Notes under the pieces: generated by a model
Seen by the model: only the letters and a program-made list of their open reading frames with translations
What the model was told of the DNA's origin: nothing
Database searches by the model: none
Made by a program: the position numbers and the translations under genes
Shown: positions 36,282 to 45,541 of the stretch, one piece after another
Position numbering within the stretch: position 1 is the first letter of the stretch
Layout of the letters: each line of letters begins with the position of its first letter
Source: a virus
Lineage: Duplodnaviria > Caudoviricetes
DNA: 57,085 nt
IMG/VR virus record: IMGVR_UViG_3300044645_002658
Span: 1 to 57,085 of that record
Direction: 5' to 3' (one strand)

Positions 36282-38063
36282 TTATCTTCTTTGACTATTG
36301 ATGGATTTGAGAATTTCCCCCACCATATCTCCATCATCTTGGTTCTCGTTAATCTTATCCCCCATGACAATTTCAAAAATGTTTTTCTTCTTTTTGAGTA
36401 TGTCATAAACGATTCCTTCGATAGTGTTATCAAAGATTGGATAATAAACCAATACATTATTTTTCTGCCCATATCTGTAGGCTCTATCCTCAGCTTGTGA
36501 GTGGTCTGAGGGTAGAAACGACAAGTCATTCATAACGACCGCCTCACCCGCTGTTAGGGTAATACCAGTACCAGCGGCTTTGATATTTCCGATGAACACC
36601 ATAACATTTTCATCGTTTTGAAATTTATCTACAGATTCTTGACGGTCTTTTTGGGACATAGAACCGTCCAACTTGACCGCCCTTTTTCCGAAATGTTCAA
36701 GAAGCAAATCCAAACTTTTGGTGAAATTCGTGAAAACAATAACCTTCTTGTTTTGTTCAATAATATTTTCACAAAGTTCGATTGTTGATGAGATTTTTTC
36801 CTCGGCGATAATCTGACGTACTTTTGTAAGTTTGGTGAATTGTAATGTTAAAGAATCGGCTTCACCACCTTTATCAAACCAATCATAATAATCTCCCATC
36901 AACTCTTCATATAATCTTGATTTGAGTCTCAGATATACTGGTGTGATAATCTTATCAGGAAGGTCCAAGACATTTTCTTTCAAACGTCTAAGTACCTGTG
37001 GTGCGGTTCGGTCTCTTAGTTCTTCCAAGTTCGATGCTCCACTGACATTCCATACTCTACGTGGACCCGCTTTGAATTGATACCCGTTGCAATATCTTTT
37101 GACATAAGCCATCCAATTTAGAGCCACAGGGGAATCGATTAAATTCAAAAGGTTGAAATAGTTGATGGGTCTACTTGTGATGGGGGTTCCCGTTAACAAC
37201 CAAAGTCTATCTATATTTCTTACAAGGTCGTTTATAAGTTTGGTTCTCTGAGCTTGTTTATTTTGGATGTAGTGAGCCTCGTCGACCACCACCAAATCAA
37301 AATTGGAGCGAAGAATAACAGAATTCTTTTTATCTTTTTCATCGTGAAAATTCTTTATGATGTCGTAGTTTATGATTACAAACTCAGCATCTTCCCATTT
37401 TTTTCCTTCGATGATTGAGGTCGTTCTATCTGAATAATTTTGGATTTCCCTTTGCCAGTTAATTTTCAAAGATGCGGGACAAACAATTAAAACTTTTTTT
37501 GAACCCGATTCTAAAGCTGCGATAATAGTTGATGTTGTTTTTCCCAAACCCATGTCGTCGGCCAAAATAAACTTTTTGTTTTCACAAAGTTTTTGAATCG
37601 CTTCTTTTTGGTGGTCGAGTGGGGGACGATGCGAATATTTCGAATAATCGATAACAACATCTTTAACTCTATTGTCTTTTAATACCGACACCTTTGGTAA
37701 CCAAAAATCGTGATTTGTTTCTGATTCAAAAAACTTTCCCCAAATATGGTATGACGTGTCTTTTTCAACCAACAGTTTTTCAATGTAAACTTGAGTTGGA
37801 ATTTTGGTAAACAATTTATCGTTTGCAATTTTGTTTGCAAAGTAAGGGTCTAAGTCCACCCATTTTCTTGCAATTTTCGGGACTCTTGTATTAAAGTTTA
37901 TAATATATTCCGCCTGTGCTCTGGTGGGATAAAACTTCGGATTGTTCTGCATTTTATTTTTCAAACGCAGAATATAATTATTGGCACCTTCATACGATTC
38001 AAGAAGTTCCAAAGCTTTTCTCTCCATTACGGAGTTGTTTGATATGTTGTTCAGTTCATCCAA
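36282..38063 (-). CDS. SNF2/SWI2-family helicase/annealing ATPase (SMARCAL1/HARP-like)
   Basis: LADDMGLGKT, VCPASLKINW, VDEAH, LTGTP, LRRLK, GTGITL and QAEDRAYRYGQ. Confidence 0.92.
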   Translation of the reverse strand: MDELNNISNNSVMERKALELLESYEGANNYILRLKNKMQNNPKFYPTRAQAEYIINFNTRVPKIARKWVDLDPYFANKIANDKLFTKIPTQVYIEKLLVEKDTSYHIWGKFFESETNHDFWLPKVSVLKDNRVKDVVIDYSKYSHRPPLDHQKEAIQKLCENKKFILADDMGLGKTTSTIIAALESGSKKVLIVCPASLKINWQREIQNYSDRTTSIIEGKKWEDAEFVIINYDIIKNFHDEKDKKNSVILRSNFDLVVVDEAHYIQNKQAQRTKLINDLVRNIDRLWLLTGTPITSRPINYFNLLNLIDSPVALNWMAYVKRYCNGYQFKAGPRRVWNVSGASNLEELRDRTAPQVLRRLKENVLDLPDKIITPVYLRLKSRLYEELMGDYYDWFDKGGEADSLTLQFTKLTKVRQIIAEEKISSTIELCENIIEQNKKVIVFTNFTKSLDLLLEHFGKRAVKLDGSMSQKDRQESVDKFQNDENVMVFIGNIKAAGTGITLTAGEAVVMNDLSFLPSDHSQAEDRAYRYGQKNNVLVYYPIFDNTIEGIVYDILKKKKNIFEIVMGDKINENQDDGDMVGEILKSINSQRR

Positions 38064-38071
38064 TGTTCAAA

Positions 38072-38100
38072 AAGATAATCTTTTTTGGTATATTTATCAA
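38072..38100 (-). promoter_or_regulatory. Putative host-type promoter for the helicase, TTGATA-N17-TATCTT
   Basis: Minus-strand hexamers at 38100-38095 and 38077-38072; same architecture as the polymerase promoter. Confidence 0.4.
38091..38097 (+). promoter_or_regulatory. TATTTAT putative phage promoter element
   Basis: 8 nt upstream of ATG 38106. Confidence 0.55.
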
Positions 38101-38105
38101 GTAAG

Positions 38106-38621
38106 ATGGCACAAAGACAAGTTCCTATTACAAGATTGGGTAAATTCTTCGGTGGGGAGGATTTCGATTTGGATATCAACATGGGTAGAGAATGGCTCGA
38201 TGGTGATATGAATTTTACAATTGTTTTATATAAAGTTGATAGAACTAAAACCGTTCAAGACGATGTTTATGGTGAGGTCCTCCAAGATGGTATTCAATTT
38301 ATGGCACCTGTTTCTATCAATGCCTATGTACGTATTGAAGGTGCTACTGAAAACTTTTTGGGTAATTCTAAAGTTGTTCAGAATGAACCAGGTAATTTAA
38401 TATTCCATGTTTATGAAAAAGACCTATTCCAATTAGGAACAAATATTGAACTTGGTGATTATATTGGTTATTGGATAACTGAAAATCAAGCTCGTTATTA
38501 TACTGTGATTGATGCTGGTTCACCAAATTATGATAATAAACATACTTATGGTGGGTATAGAAAGTTCTATTTTTCATATACCGCAACACCTGTAAGTGAA
38601 AACGAATTTAGAGGTATCTAA
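38106..38621 (+). CDS. Head-closure/neck protein (T4 gp14-like)
   Basis: LYKVDRTKTVQDDVYGE and IELGDYI; located before the tail terminator and sheath genes. Confidence 0.55.
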   Translation: MAQRQVPITRLGKFFGGEDFDLDINMGREWLDGDMNFTIVLYKVDRTKTVQDDVYGEVLQDGIQFMAPVSINAYVRIEGATENFLGNSKVVQNEPGNLIFHVYEKDLFQLGTNIELGDYIGYWITENQARYYTVIDAGSPNYDNKHTYGGYRKFYFSYTATPVSENEFRGI

Positions 38622-39664
38622 TGGCATTCCCTAAAAAAGTTATTCCAACAATTAATCTTAAGCCACAAAAGATTCTTTTGGCTCGTAGAGAAGAACTTCT
38701 TCAAGATATTAAAGAAGATGGAACTTATTTACCAAAAACTCTTTTACACCCTCAGCTTGATAAGGGGTTTTTGGATTTTGTGGTTAATGATTTGAAAACG
38801 GTCGTGTCAGGTAAGATTGTTCCTGTAGTGGATATTATCATTACAACTCAAAACTGGGCTCAATTTACTGAGACATGGAATTTCCAAGACTTGAATGGTA
38901 ACCCAACACTTCCATTTATTACCGTGGTCAGAAGCCCTGAGGTAAAGTATGGCAATAATCCTGCAATTATTTATAATATTCCAAATCGTAAAGAATATTT
39001 CTATGCTGCGGTTCCTACTTGGAATGGTAATATAAAGGGGATGGACATTTACAAAATCCCTCAGCCTGTTCCTGTTGATATTACGTATAGTGTAAAGATT
39101 ATGTGTAATAGAATGAGGGAATTGAATGAGTTCAACAAAAATGTTATTCAGACTTTCGCCTCTCGTCAAGCATATCGTCAAATTGAAGGTCACTATATTC
39201 CAATTATTTTGACAAACATTTCGGATGAGTCTCAGATGGATATCGGAAAGAGAAAGTTTTACATTCAAAGTTATGAATTTACTATGATGGGATTTCTTTT
39301 GGATGAAGAAGAGTTTGAAGTTGCTCCCGCTGTTTCAAGAGTGTTCAATTCTTTTGAAGTAAATATATCTTCCAAACCACCTCGTAGAAAACAATATCCC
39401 GAGAACAAAGATACCTTTGATAAGAATTTAGTTTTCTCTCCGAGTGCGACAACTAAAAGTTTGGTTGCCGATTATACAGGTGATTTTACCCTCTTGGGTT
39501 CTATTAATGTATCAAGTTATGATGTTTATATTAACGGAGATTTTTATGGGACGGATATTGAGGTAATCCAAGTAAACACGAATGATACTCTTTTATTTGA
39601 AATTACTCAGGACAATCCGTCCGAAGAAAGTTCGTTATTATACGGAATTAAATTACTCATTTGA
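38621..39664 (+). CDS. Tail terminator/sheath stabiliser (T4 gp15-like)
   Basis: LPFITVVR, PQPVPVDITYSVKI...MRELNEF and RKFYIQSYEFTMMGFL; synteny before the sheath. Confidence 0.65.
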   Translation: MAFPKKVIPTINLKPQKILLARREELLQDIKEDGTYLPKTLLHPQLDKGFLDFVVNDLKTVVSGKIVPVVDIIITTQNWAQFTETWNFQDLNGNPTLPFITVVRSPEVKYGNNPAIIYNIPNRKEYFYAAVPTWNGNIKGMDIYKIPQPVPVDITYSVKIMCNRMRELNEFNKNVIQTFASRQAYRQIEGHYIPIILTNISDESQMDIGKRKFYIQSYEFTMMGFLLDEEEFEVAPAVSRVFNSFEVNISSKPPRRKQYPENKDTFDKNLVFSPSATTKSLVADYTGDFTLLGSINVSSYDVYINGDFYGTDIEVIQVNTNDTLLFEITQDNPSEESSLLYGIKLLI

Positions 39665-39814
39665 TTCACCGTATATATCTGTTTCTCCTTTACAATTTTC
39701 CCTGATTAGATTTTCCAAAAATTTATACATTACAATTCCTTTTCTATCACAATATGTTTTAAGAATATTGTGTGTTTGTATTGATATCTTAAGGTTTTTG
39801 ATTTCTTTGGCCAT
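39653..39814 (-). CDS. Small ribbon-helix-helix-type DNA-binding protein
   Basis: MAKEIKNLKISIQTHNILKTYCDRKGIVMYKFLENLIRENC fits a beta-strand/helix/G-turn/helix pattern; alternative start at 39847. Confidence 0.6.
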   Translation of the reverse strand: MAKEIKNLKISIQTHNILKTYCDRKGIVMYKFLENLIRENCKGETDIYGESNE

Positions 39815-39850
39815 TAGTAGAAAAAAGGCAGAAAATAAGGCGCCCATTTT

Positions 39851-39900
39851 ATAAATAGACTACAAGAAGTAAAGTTTTTACTTTTTTTCTGAATATTTAT
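39851..39900. promoter_or_regulatory. Divergent TATTTAT pair (minus 39851-39857 for the RHH gene, plus 39894-39900 for the sheath)
   Basis: Each motif lies on the coding strand upstream of its gene. Confidence 0.55.
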
Positions 39901-39934
39901 GTATACAAAATAAAATTTTTATTGAACATAAAAA

Positions 39935-42900
39935 ATGGCAGTATCTAATAAAATATTCGTATCACCAGGTGTATACACTTCTGAAAGGGACTTGAGTTTC
40001 GTAGCTCAAAGTGTGGGTGTAACCACTCTTGGATTGGTAGGAGAAACATTAACAGGACCCGCTTTCGAACCTGTGTTTATCACAAGCTATGACGAATTCG
40101 AAGCGTTTTTCGGAGGAACAATCCCTGAAAAATTCGTAAATACACAAATCCCTAAATATGAATTGGCTTACATTGCCAAATCGTACCTTCAACAATCTAA
40201 CCAATTATTCGTAACAAGAGTTCTTGGTCTTTCGGGTTATGATGCTGGTCCATCTTGGACTATAACTACAGTTGCAAACCCCGATGGTACTACGATTGTT
40301 TTGACAGGTGTAGAAACTGACTTTACTATCAACTTCAGTGCGTGTACTGGGGATACTTCTGTCACATATTTGACTTCTATCCCAGCAGCATTTTCTTCGG
40401 TGTTCTCAACACCATATACCCAAAATGATGGTTCGTCAACTACGATTGCGGCTGATTTTGATAACCAGATTCTTGACATTGTAGATGTTAATTCTTTGTC
40501 TGCAACTTCTGTATACTACTATGGTACAATTGCTGACGGTTCTTACAATGATATTTCGTCAACATATACTGATGAAACTAACGTTTATAGTTGTTCTGGT
40601 GTTACTGAATCTGTTGCGGATTATACCTCACCAAACAACGATGCATGGTACTACTCGTTGTTTACACCAACTACAGGTGATGAGTATTCAGGTATATCAA
40701 TGTTCTCAGTTGTTACAAATTTGGTCGATTTGGGTTCAGATTGTTTCTCAGGAACAGTATCAGGTACTGTATTTAACTATTCAGGTTTAACTTATGATGG
40801 TTGGAACGACTTGGTAGTTGCTACTCTACGTTCAAGAGGTATTGCTACTTATGGTACAGGCAGTGATGGTCCTGTATATACCGTTTCTGGTTTGACAAGT
40901 GTTCAGATGAATTGTTCTGGTACATATTCGGCGGTAACACAAAATCCTTTTGCAACTTTTGCTATTTCCGGTTCTACTGCCGCCGGTGCAGATTTTGAGT
41001 TTGTTACCTCTATGAATAGTGGAGATGCTAATTATCTGACTAAAGTATTTGGTCTATCTAATTTCGCTAAACCTCGAGTGGAGGTCCCCCTATTTGTTGA
41101 GGAACAATTTCAAAATATGTTGAACTACGGATATAACAAGGGGTACGTAAGAGGTTTGAATTGTGACTTAGTGGCACTTCCTGGTTTGAGATACACTTCT
41201 ACTACAGATACTATCGCATACTACTTGGAAAAATATCAATCTCCTGATTCTCCATGGGTTGTTTCACAACTTCGTGGTAGTCAGGTAGACAGACTTTTCA
41301 AGGTTATTTCCATATCTGATGGTGATAGTGCAAATGCTCAAATTAAAATATCAATTACAAATATCTCTTTCAACAATTTGACTTTTGACTTAGGTGTAAG
41401 AAGTTTCTACGACACAGATTCTAACCCTGTCTTTTTAGAAAAGTTCACAAATTGTTCTATGAATCCTGCAAACAACAACTATGTTGGTGTTCAAATTGGT
41501 ACTTCCGACGGAGAGTACGCTTTGAATTCAAAGTACATTATGTTGGAGCTTAACGAGAATGCTGCTATTGATTCTCTACCTTGTGGTTTTGAAGGATATG
41601 TTATGAGACAATATGCAAACGCAACACCACCTTTCCCCGTTTATAAAACTGCTTACAATTATCCTGGAGAAATTATTTATAACCCTCCTTTCGGTACTAC
41701 AGCTGGAGATAACTCGGTTCAATCAAGTGGTGATAGAGTAAGGACTACCTATCTGGGTATTTCTTCACAGATTGGTTATGACCCTGATTTTTATATGTAT
41801 AAGGGTAAACAAAAACCAATCAATTTGTGTTTTGAGACTGATGCATTACCTTGGGATTACATTACCGAAGGTTTCCATATGGACTCAGGAGCTACTGTAG
41901 TTACTATTGCATATGGACCAACGGCAGGTAGTCCAGCTTTTGAATGTGGTGATGCTACATTCCAGTCTGACCCTGACAGTACTGCAAACCCTTACTACCA
42001 AATACAAGCTAGAAAGTTCACTTTCTTGTTGCAGAATGGTTTTGATGGTTGGGACATTTATCGTGAATATAGGACTAACACTAATAACTTTGTAATTGGA
42101 GGTTCTGGTTATCAAAAAGGTGCTTGTCCTACAACAAGATACCCGGCGGCAACAGGATGGGGAGCATTCAAACCGATTGCTGTTGATAACTTTACTGAGT
42201 TTGCTAACACTGACTACTACGCTTATCTGTTGGGTATTGCAACATTCAATAATCCTGAGGCGGTAAATATTAACGTGTTTGCAACCCCTGGAATTGATTT
42301 TGTAAACAATGACAACTTGGTTGAAGAAGCAATTTCAATGGTAACCTACCAAAGAGCGGATTCGATTTATATTGTTACCACACCTGACTGTAATGTTTAT
42401 GTACCTACTACAACAGATAATTTACTTCTTCCAACAAGAATTGTTGATGAATTAGACCAAACAGGTATTGATTCGAACTATACCGCGACTTACTACCCTT
42501 GGATTTTAGTTAGAGATACTGTAAATAATACACAAATTTACATACCACCTACCAACGAGGTTTGTAGAAACTTAGCTTTAACAGATAATGTTTCATTCCC
42601 TTGGTTCGCAACTGCTGGATATACAAGAGGTTTGGTAAACGCTGTTAAGGCACGTATCAAACTGACTCAAGAAGAAAGAGATACTCTTTATCAGGGTCGT
42701 ATCAACCCAATTGCGACGTTCTCGGATGTGGGAACTGTAATCTGGGGTAACAAAACTCTTCAAATTGCTGATACCGCTCTAAACCGTTTGAATGTTAGAC
42801 GTTTATTGTTACAAGCTCGTAAATTGATTTCAGCTGTAGCTGTAAGATTGTTGTTTGAACAAAACGATGCTAAAGTTCGTCAAGACTTCTTGGATTCTGT

Positions 42901-43093
42901 TAATCCTATCCTTGACGCTATCAGACGTGACCGTGGTCTTTACGATTTCCGTGTTACAGTAAGTAATTCTCCTGAAGATTTGGATAGAAACACCATGTCA
43001 GGTAAAATATACTTGAAACCAACGAAGGCTCTCGAATTCATCGATATTGAATTCTTGATTACTCCAACAGGAGCATCCTTTGAAAATATCTAA
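39935..43093 (+). CDS. Contractile tail sheath protein (T4 gp18-like), 1052 aa
   Basis: SPGVYTSERDLS, GPAFEP, YYPW, PWFATAGYTRG, RDTLYQGRINPI, WGNKTLQ, RLNVRRLL, FEQND and KPTKALEFIDIEF. Confidence 0.95.
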   Translation: MAVSNKIFVSPGVYTSERDLSFVAQSVGVTTLGLVGETLTGPAFEPVFITSYDEFEAFFGGTIPEKFVNTQIPKYELAYIAKSYLQQSNQLFVTRVLGLSGYDAGPSWTITTVANPDGTTIVLTGVETDFTINFSACTGDTSVTYLTSIPAAFSSVFSTPYTQNDGSSTTIAADFDNQILDIVDVNSLSATSVYYYGTIADGSYNDISSTYTDETNVYSCSGVTESVADYTSPNNDAWYYSLFTPTTGDEYSGISMFSVVTNLVDLGSDCFSGTVSGTVFNYSGLTYDGWNDLVVATLRSRGIATYGTGSDGPVYTVSGLTSVQMNCSGTYSAVTQNPFATFAISGSTAAGADFEFVTSMNSGDANYLTKVFGLSNFAKPRVEVPLFVEEQFQNMLNYGYNKGYVRGLNCDLVALPGLRYTSTTDTIAYYLEKYQSPDSPWVVSQLRGSQVDRLFKVISISDGDSANAQIKISITNISFNNLTFDLGVRSFYDTDSNPVFLEKFTNCSMNPANNNYVGVQIGTSDGEYALNSKYIMLELNENAAIDSLPCGFEGYVMRQYANATPPFPVYKTAYNYPGEIIYNPPFGTTAGDNSVQSSGDRVRTTYLGISSQIGYDPDFYMYKGKQKPINLCFETDALPWDYITEGFHMDSGATVVTIAYGPTAGSPAFECGDATFQSDPDSTANPYYQIQARKFTFLLQNGFDGWDIYREYRTNTNNFVIGGSGYQKGACPTTRYPAATGWGAFKPIAVDNFTEFANTDYYAYLLGIATFNNPEAVNINVFATPGIDFVNNDNLVEEAISMVTYQRADSIYIVTTPDCNVYVPTTTDNLLLPTRIVDELDQTGIDSNYTATYYPWILVRDTVNNTQIYIPPTNEVCRNLALTDNVSFPWFATAGYTRGLVNAVKARIKLTQEERDTLYQGRINPIATFSDVGTVIWGNKTLQIADTALNRLNVRRLLLQARKLISAVAVRLLFEQNDAKVRQDFLDSVNPILDAIRRDRGLYDFRVTVSNSPEDLDRNTMSGKIYLKPTKALEFIDIEFLITPTGASFENI

Positions 43094-43101
43094 ATTCAAT
43101 C

Positions 43102-43127
43102 AAGGTGGGAGGAAACTCCCACCTTTT
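43102..43127 (+). terminator. Intrinsic terminator after the sheath gene
   Basis: Perfect 10-bp stem AAGGTGGGAG-GAAA-CTCCCACCTT with a GNRA loop, followed by T residues. Confidence 0.85.
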
Positions 43128-43143
43128 AGCCTTTTAATGTAAT

Positions 43144-43956
43144 ATGAGTAGACTAATAACAGAGGGTTTTGATGATGTAGGATTACCTACTCTCAAATAT
43201 TATGCTTTTGATTGGGACGACAACTTGATGTTCATGCCAACAAAAATTATTGTGAAAGATGACAATGGTGAGGAGGTCGAAATGTCGACCGAAGATTTTG
43301 CAGAATATCGCAGTCGGATTGGAAAAGAACCTTTTCCCTATAAAGGAACCACTGTTGTTGGATTTGCGTCTGACCCTTTTAGAAATTTTGGAACTAAAGG
43401 AGATAAACAGTTTCTCTTGGACTCCATGAAAGCTAAACCAGGTCCTGCTTGGGCAGATTTTATCGAAGCCGTCAATAATGGTTCGATTTTTTCTATTATA
43501 ACCGCAAGAGGTCACAACCCAAATACCCTAAAGGAATCGGTATTCAATATGATTGCATCCAACCATATGGGTATCAACAAAGACTTATTAATTAAGAATC
43601 TTAGAAAATTCCGAGACTTTGTGGGTGAAGACAATGTCAAACCTCAAGAAATGATTCGTCAGTATTTGGATTTATTAAGATTCTACCCTGTATCATTCAA
43701 TCAAGAAGGGTCTGCACAAAGTCCTGAAGAATTAAAGGTTGACGCGATGAAAGAATTTATATCACACGTTAAATCTGAGGCACAAAAATTAGGACAAAAA
43801 GTTTATCTAAAAGATGATGTCAAAAATAGATTTGTACCAGAAATAGGTTTTTCAGATGACGATATAAGAAATGTAGAAGTTATGAAAAAGCATTTTGAAG
43901 ATGAACCATCATTAAGAACTTATTCTACTGCAGGAGGAATTAAAACTAGATATTAG
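43144..43956 (+). CDS. HAD-like hypothetical protein
   Basis: YAFDWDDNL (motif I), IITARGH (II), K (III) and GFSDDD (IV). Confidence 0.65.
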   Translation: MSRLITEGFDDVGLPTLKYYAFDWDDNLMFMPTKIIVKDDNGEEVEMSTEDFAEYRSRIGKEPFPYKGTTVVGFASDPFRNFGTKGDKQFLLDSMKAKPGPAWADFIEAVNNGSIFSIITARGHNPNTLKESVFNMIASNHMGINKDLLIKNLRKFRDFVGEDNVKPQEMIRQYLDLLRFYPVSFNQEGSAQSPEELKVDAMKEFISHVKSEAQKLGQKVYLKDDVKNRFVPEIGFSDDDIRNVEVMKKHFEDEPSLRTYSTAGGIKTRY

Positions 43957-44008
43957 AGATATAATTTTTTTGAAAACAAAGTCAATACAAAAATTTTTCT
44001 CTACAAAG

Positions 44009-44015
44009 TATTTAT
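44009..44015 (+). promoter_or_regulatory. TATTTAT putative phage promoter element
   Basis: 39 nt upstream of the tail tube ATG, followed by an A-rich leader. Confidence 0.55.
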
Positions 44016-44054
44016 ATGAAAATAAACTAAAACAAAGAAACAAAAAAATATACC

Positions 44055-44543
44055 ATGGCTGACTTATTAATGAAGATGCCGGTTCCATATGAACCAAAAA
44101 GAACCAACCGATTCATTCTGAGATTTGATTCTACTCTCGGTATTAATGAATGGTTTGTAGAATCATCAGGGCGACCTAATATCGATATTAACCCAGTGGA
44201 AATCCCTTTCCTTAACACCTCAACATTTGTTGCTGGAAGATTTAAGTGGAACTCTATAAGCGTAAAATTCCGTGACCCAATCGGACCATCTGCGACCCAA
44301 GCTCTTATGGAGTGGGTTCGTTTACACGCAGAATCTGTGACAGGTCGTATGGGATACGCAGCGGGATACAAAAAAAATGTGGACCTCGAAATGTTGGACC
44401 CAACAGGAGTTGTTGTGGAAAAGTGGATTTTGGAAGGTACTATGATTACCAAGACCGCTTGGTCAGAAGTTAACTACGGAACGGACACACTCGCAACTTT
44501 GGATGCGACACTTCAGATGGACCGTTGTATTTTAGTTTATTAA
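44055..44543 (+). CDS. Tail tube protein (T4 gp19-like)
   Basis: EPKRTNRF, GRFKWNSISVKFRD, EWV, YKKNVDLEMLDPTGVVVEKWILEG; follows the sheath. Confidence 0.88.
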   Translation: MADLLMKMPVPYEPKRTNRFILRFDSTLGINEWFVESSGRPNIDINPVEIPFLNTSTFVAGRFKWNSISVKFRDPIGPSATQALMEWVRLHAESVTGRMGYAAGYKKNVDLEMLDPTGVVVEKWILEGTMITKTAWSEVNYGTDTLATLDATLQMDRCILVY

Positions 44544-44593
44544 TTTTCTCTTTACTTTTTATTGTTGATTAACAAGTAAAGAGTGGTATATTT

Positions 44594-44627
44594 AACACAG
44601 GGGACTAATTCTCCTGTGTTTTTTTTT
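44594..44627 (+). terminator. Intrinsic terminator-like hairpin after the tube gene, abutting the next ATG
   Basis: AACACAGGGGA-ctaat-TCTCCTGTGTT followed by T7, then ATG at 44628. Confidence 0.7.
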
Positions 44628-45374
44628 ATGGATGATGCAATGAAAGTGGGTCAACAAGACTTTAGTTTACCCCATGATGTGGTGAAACTCCCCTCCCAAG
44701 GAGTTTTCTACAAATCAAAAAAGAAATCGGTAAAGGTCGGTTTCCTAACAGCAGCTGATGAAAACATAATTCTATCTTCACCCGCTGAAGATATGGTTAT
44801 GAATTTGATTAGAAGTAAGGTATATGAACCGGACTTGAGACCAGATGAAATGTTGAATGGAGATATTGAAGCAATTCTTATATTCTTAAGGAACACAGCA
44901 TTTGGTCCTGAATACAAGATTTCTGTGTTAGACCCCACAACCAACAAAAGGTTTTCGTCATCCATTCAGTTGGATGAATTAGATTTCAAAAAATGTGAAG
45001 TTCAACCTGATGAAGATGGTACTTTTACTACAATACTACCAAAATCAAATGTCAGTGTTAAAATAAGACCACTAACCTACAAGGAAATTACCGAGATTAA
45101 TAGGATGGCAGAATCCTACCCAACAGGAAGACCGGCTCCGAAAGTAACGTGGAAACTCAACAAACAGATTGAATCTCTTAATGGAGACCCAAATCCACAA
45201 AATATCGCAAAATTTGTCGAATCCATGCCAATTATGGATTCCAAACACATTAGGAATTTCTTGGTAGATAATGAGCCAGGATTAGAATTAACAAGAACAG
45301 TTTCAACCCCGTCAGGAGAAAAGGTAGATGTGAGCATCGCCTTCGGGGTTGAATTTTTTCGGGTTTTCTTCTGA
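44628..45374 (+). CDS. Tail/baseplate-hub assembly chaperone (T4 gp26-like)
   Basis: VKLPSQGVFY...LTAADENII, GDIEAILIFLRNTAFGPEY and C-terminal EFF; lies between the tube and tape measure genes. Confidence 0.7.
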   Translation: MDDAMKVGQQDFSLPHDVVKLPSQGVFYKSKKKSVKVGFLTAADENIILSSPAEDMVMNLIRSKVYEPDLRPDEMLNGDIEAILIFLRNTAFGPEYKISVLDPTTNKRFSSSIQLDELDFKKCEVQPDEDGTFTTILPKSNVSVKIRPLTYKEITEINRMAESYPTGRPAPKVTWKLNKQIESLNGDPNPQNIAKFVESMPIMDSKHIRNFLVDNEPGLELTRTVSTPSGEKVDVSIAFGVEFFRVFF

Positions 45375-45510
45375 TTACGGAAAATATCAATTAGATGAAT
45401 TTTTTGTCCTTGCTAAAGGACTTAATGTTTCTTGGTCGGATTATTTGATAATGCCGACATACGCTAGACGGTACCTCTTACAAAAAATTGCGGACATAAA
45501 AAATGGTTGA
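45349..45510 (+). CDS. Unannotated +1-frame ORF (T4 gp51-like; probable frameshift extension of the chaperone)
   Basis: (L)NFFGFSSDYGKYQLDEFFVLAKGLNVSWSDYLIMPTYARRYLLQKIADIKNG*; it fills the gap before the tape measure and has no upstream in-frame ATG. Confidence 0.65.
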   Translation: MNFFGFSSDYGKYQLDEFFVLAKGLNVSWSDYLIMPTYARRYLLQKIADIKNG

Positions 45511-45516
45511 TGATTC

Positions 45517-45523
45517 TATTTAT
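45517..45523 (+). promoter_or_regulatory. TATTTAT putative phage promoter element
   Basis: 18 nt upstream of the tape measure ATG. Confidence 0.55.
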
Positions 45524-45541
45524 TAGGAACATTAATTTGAT

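Noticed and set aside
45361-45367. GGGTTTT as a lambda-type -1 slippery heptamer
   Set aside because: It is not in the X XXY YYZ register of the chaperone frame, and the -1 frame hits TAG shortly afterwards.
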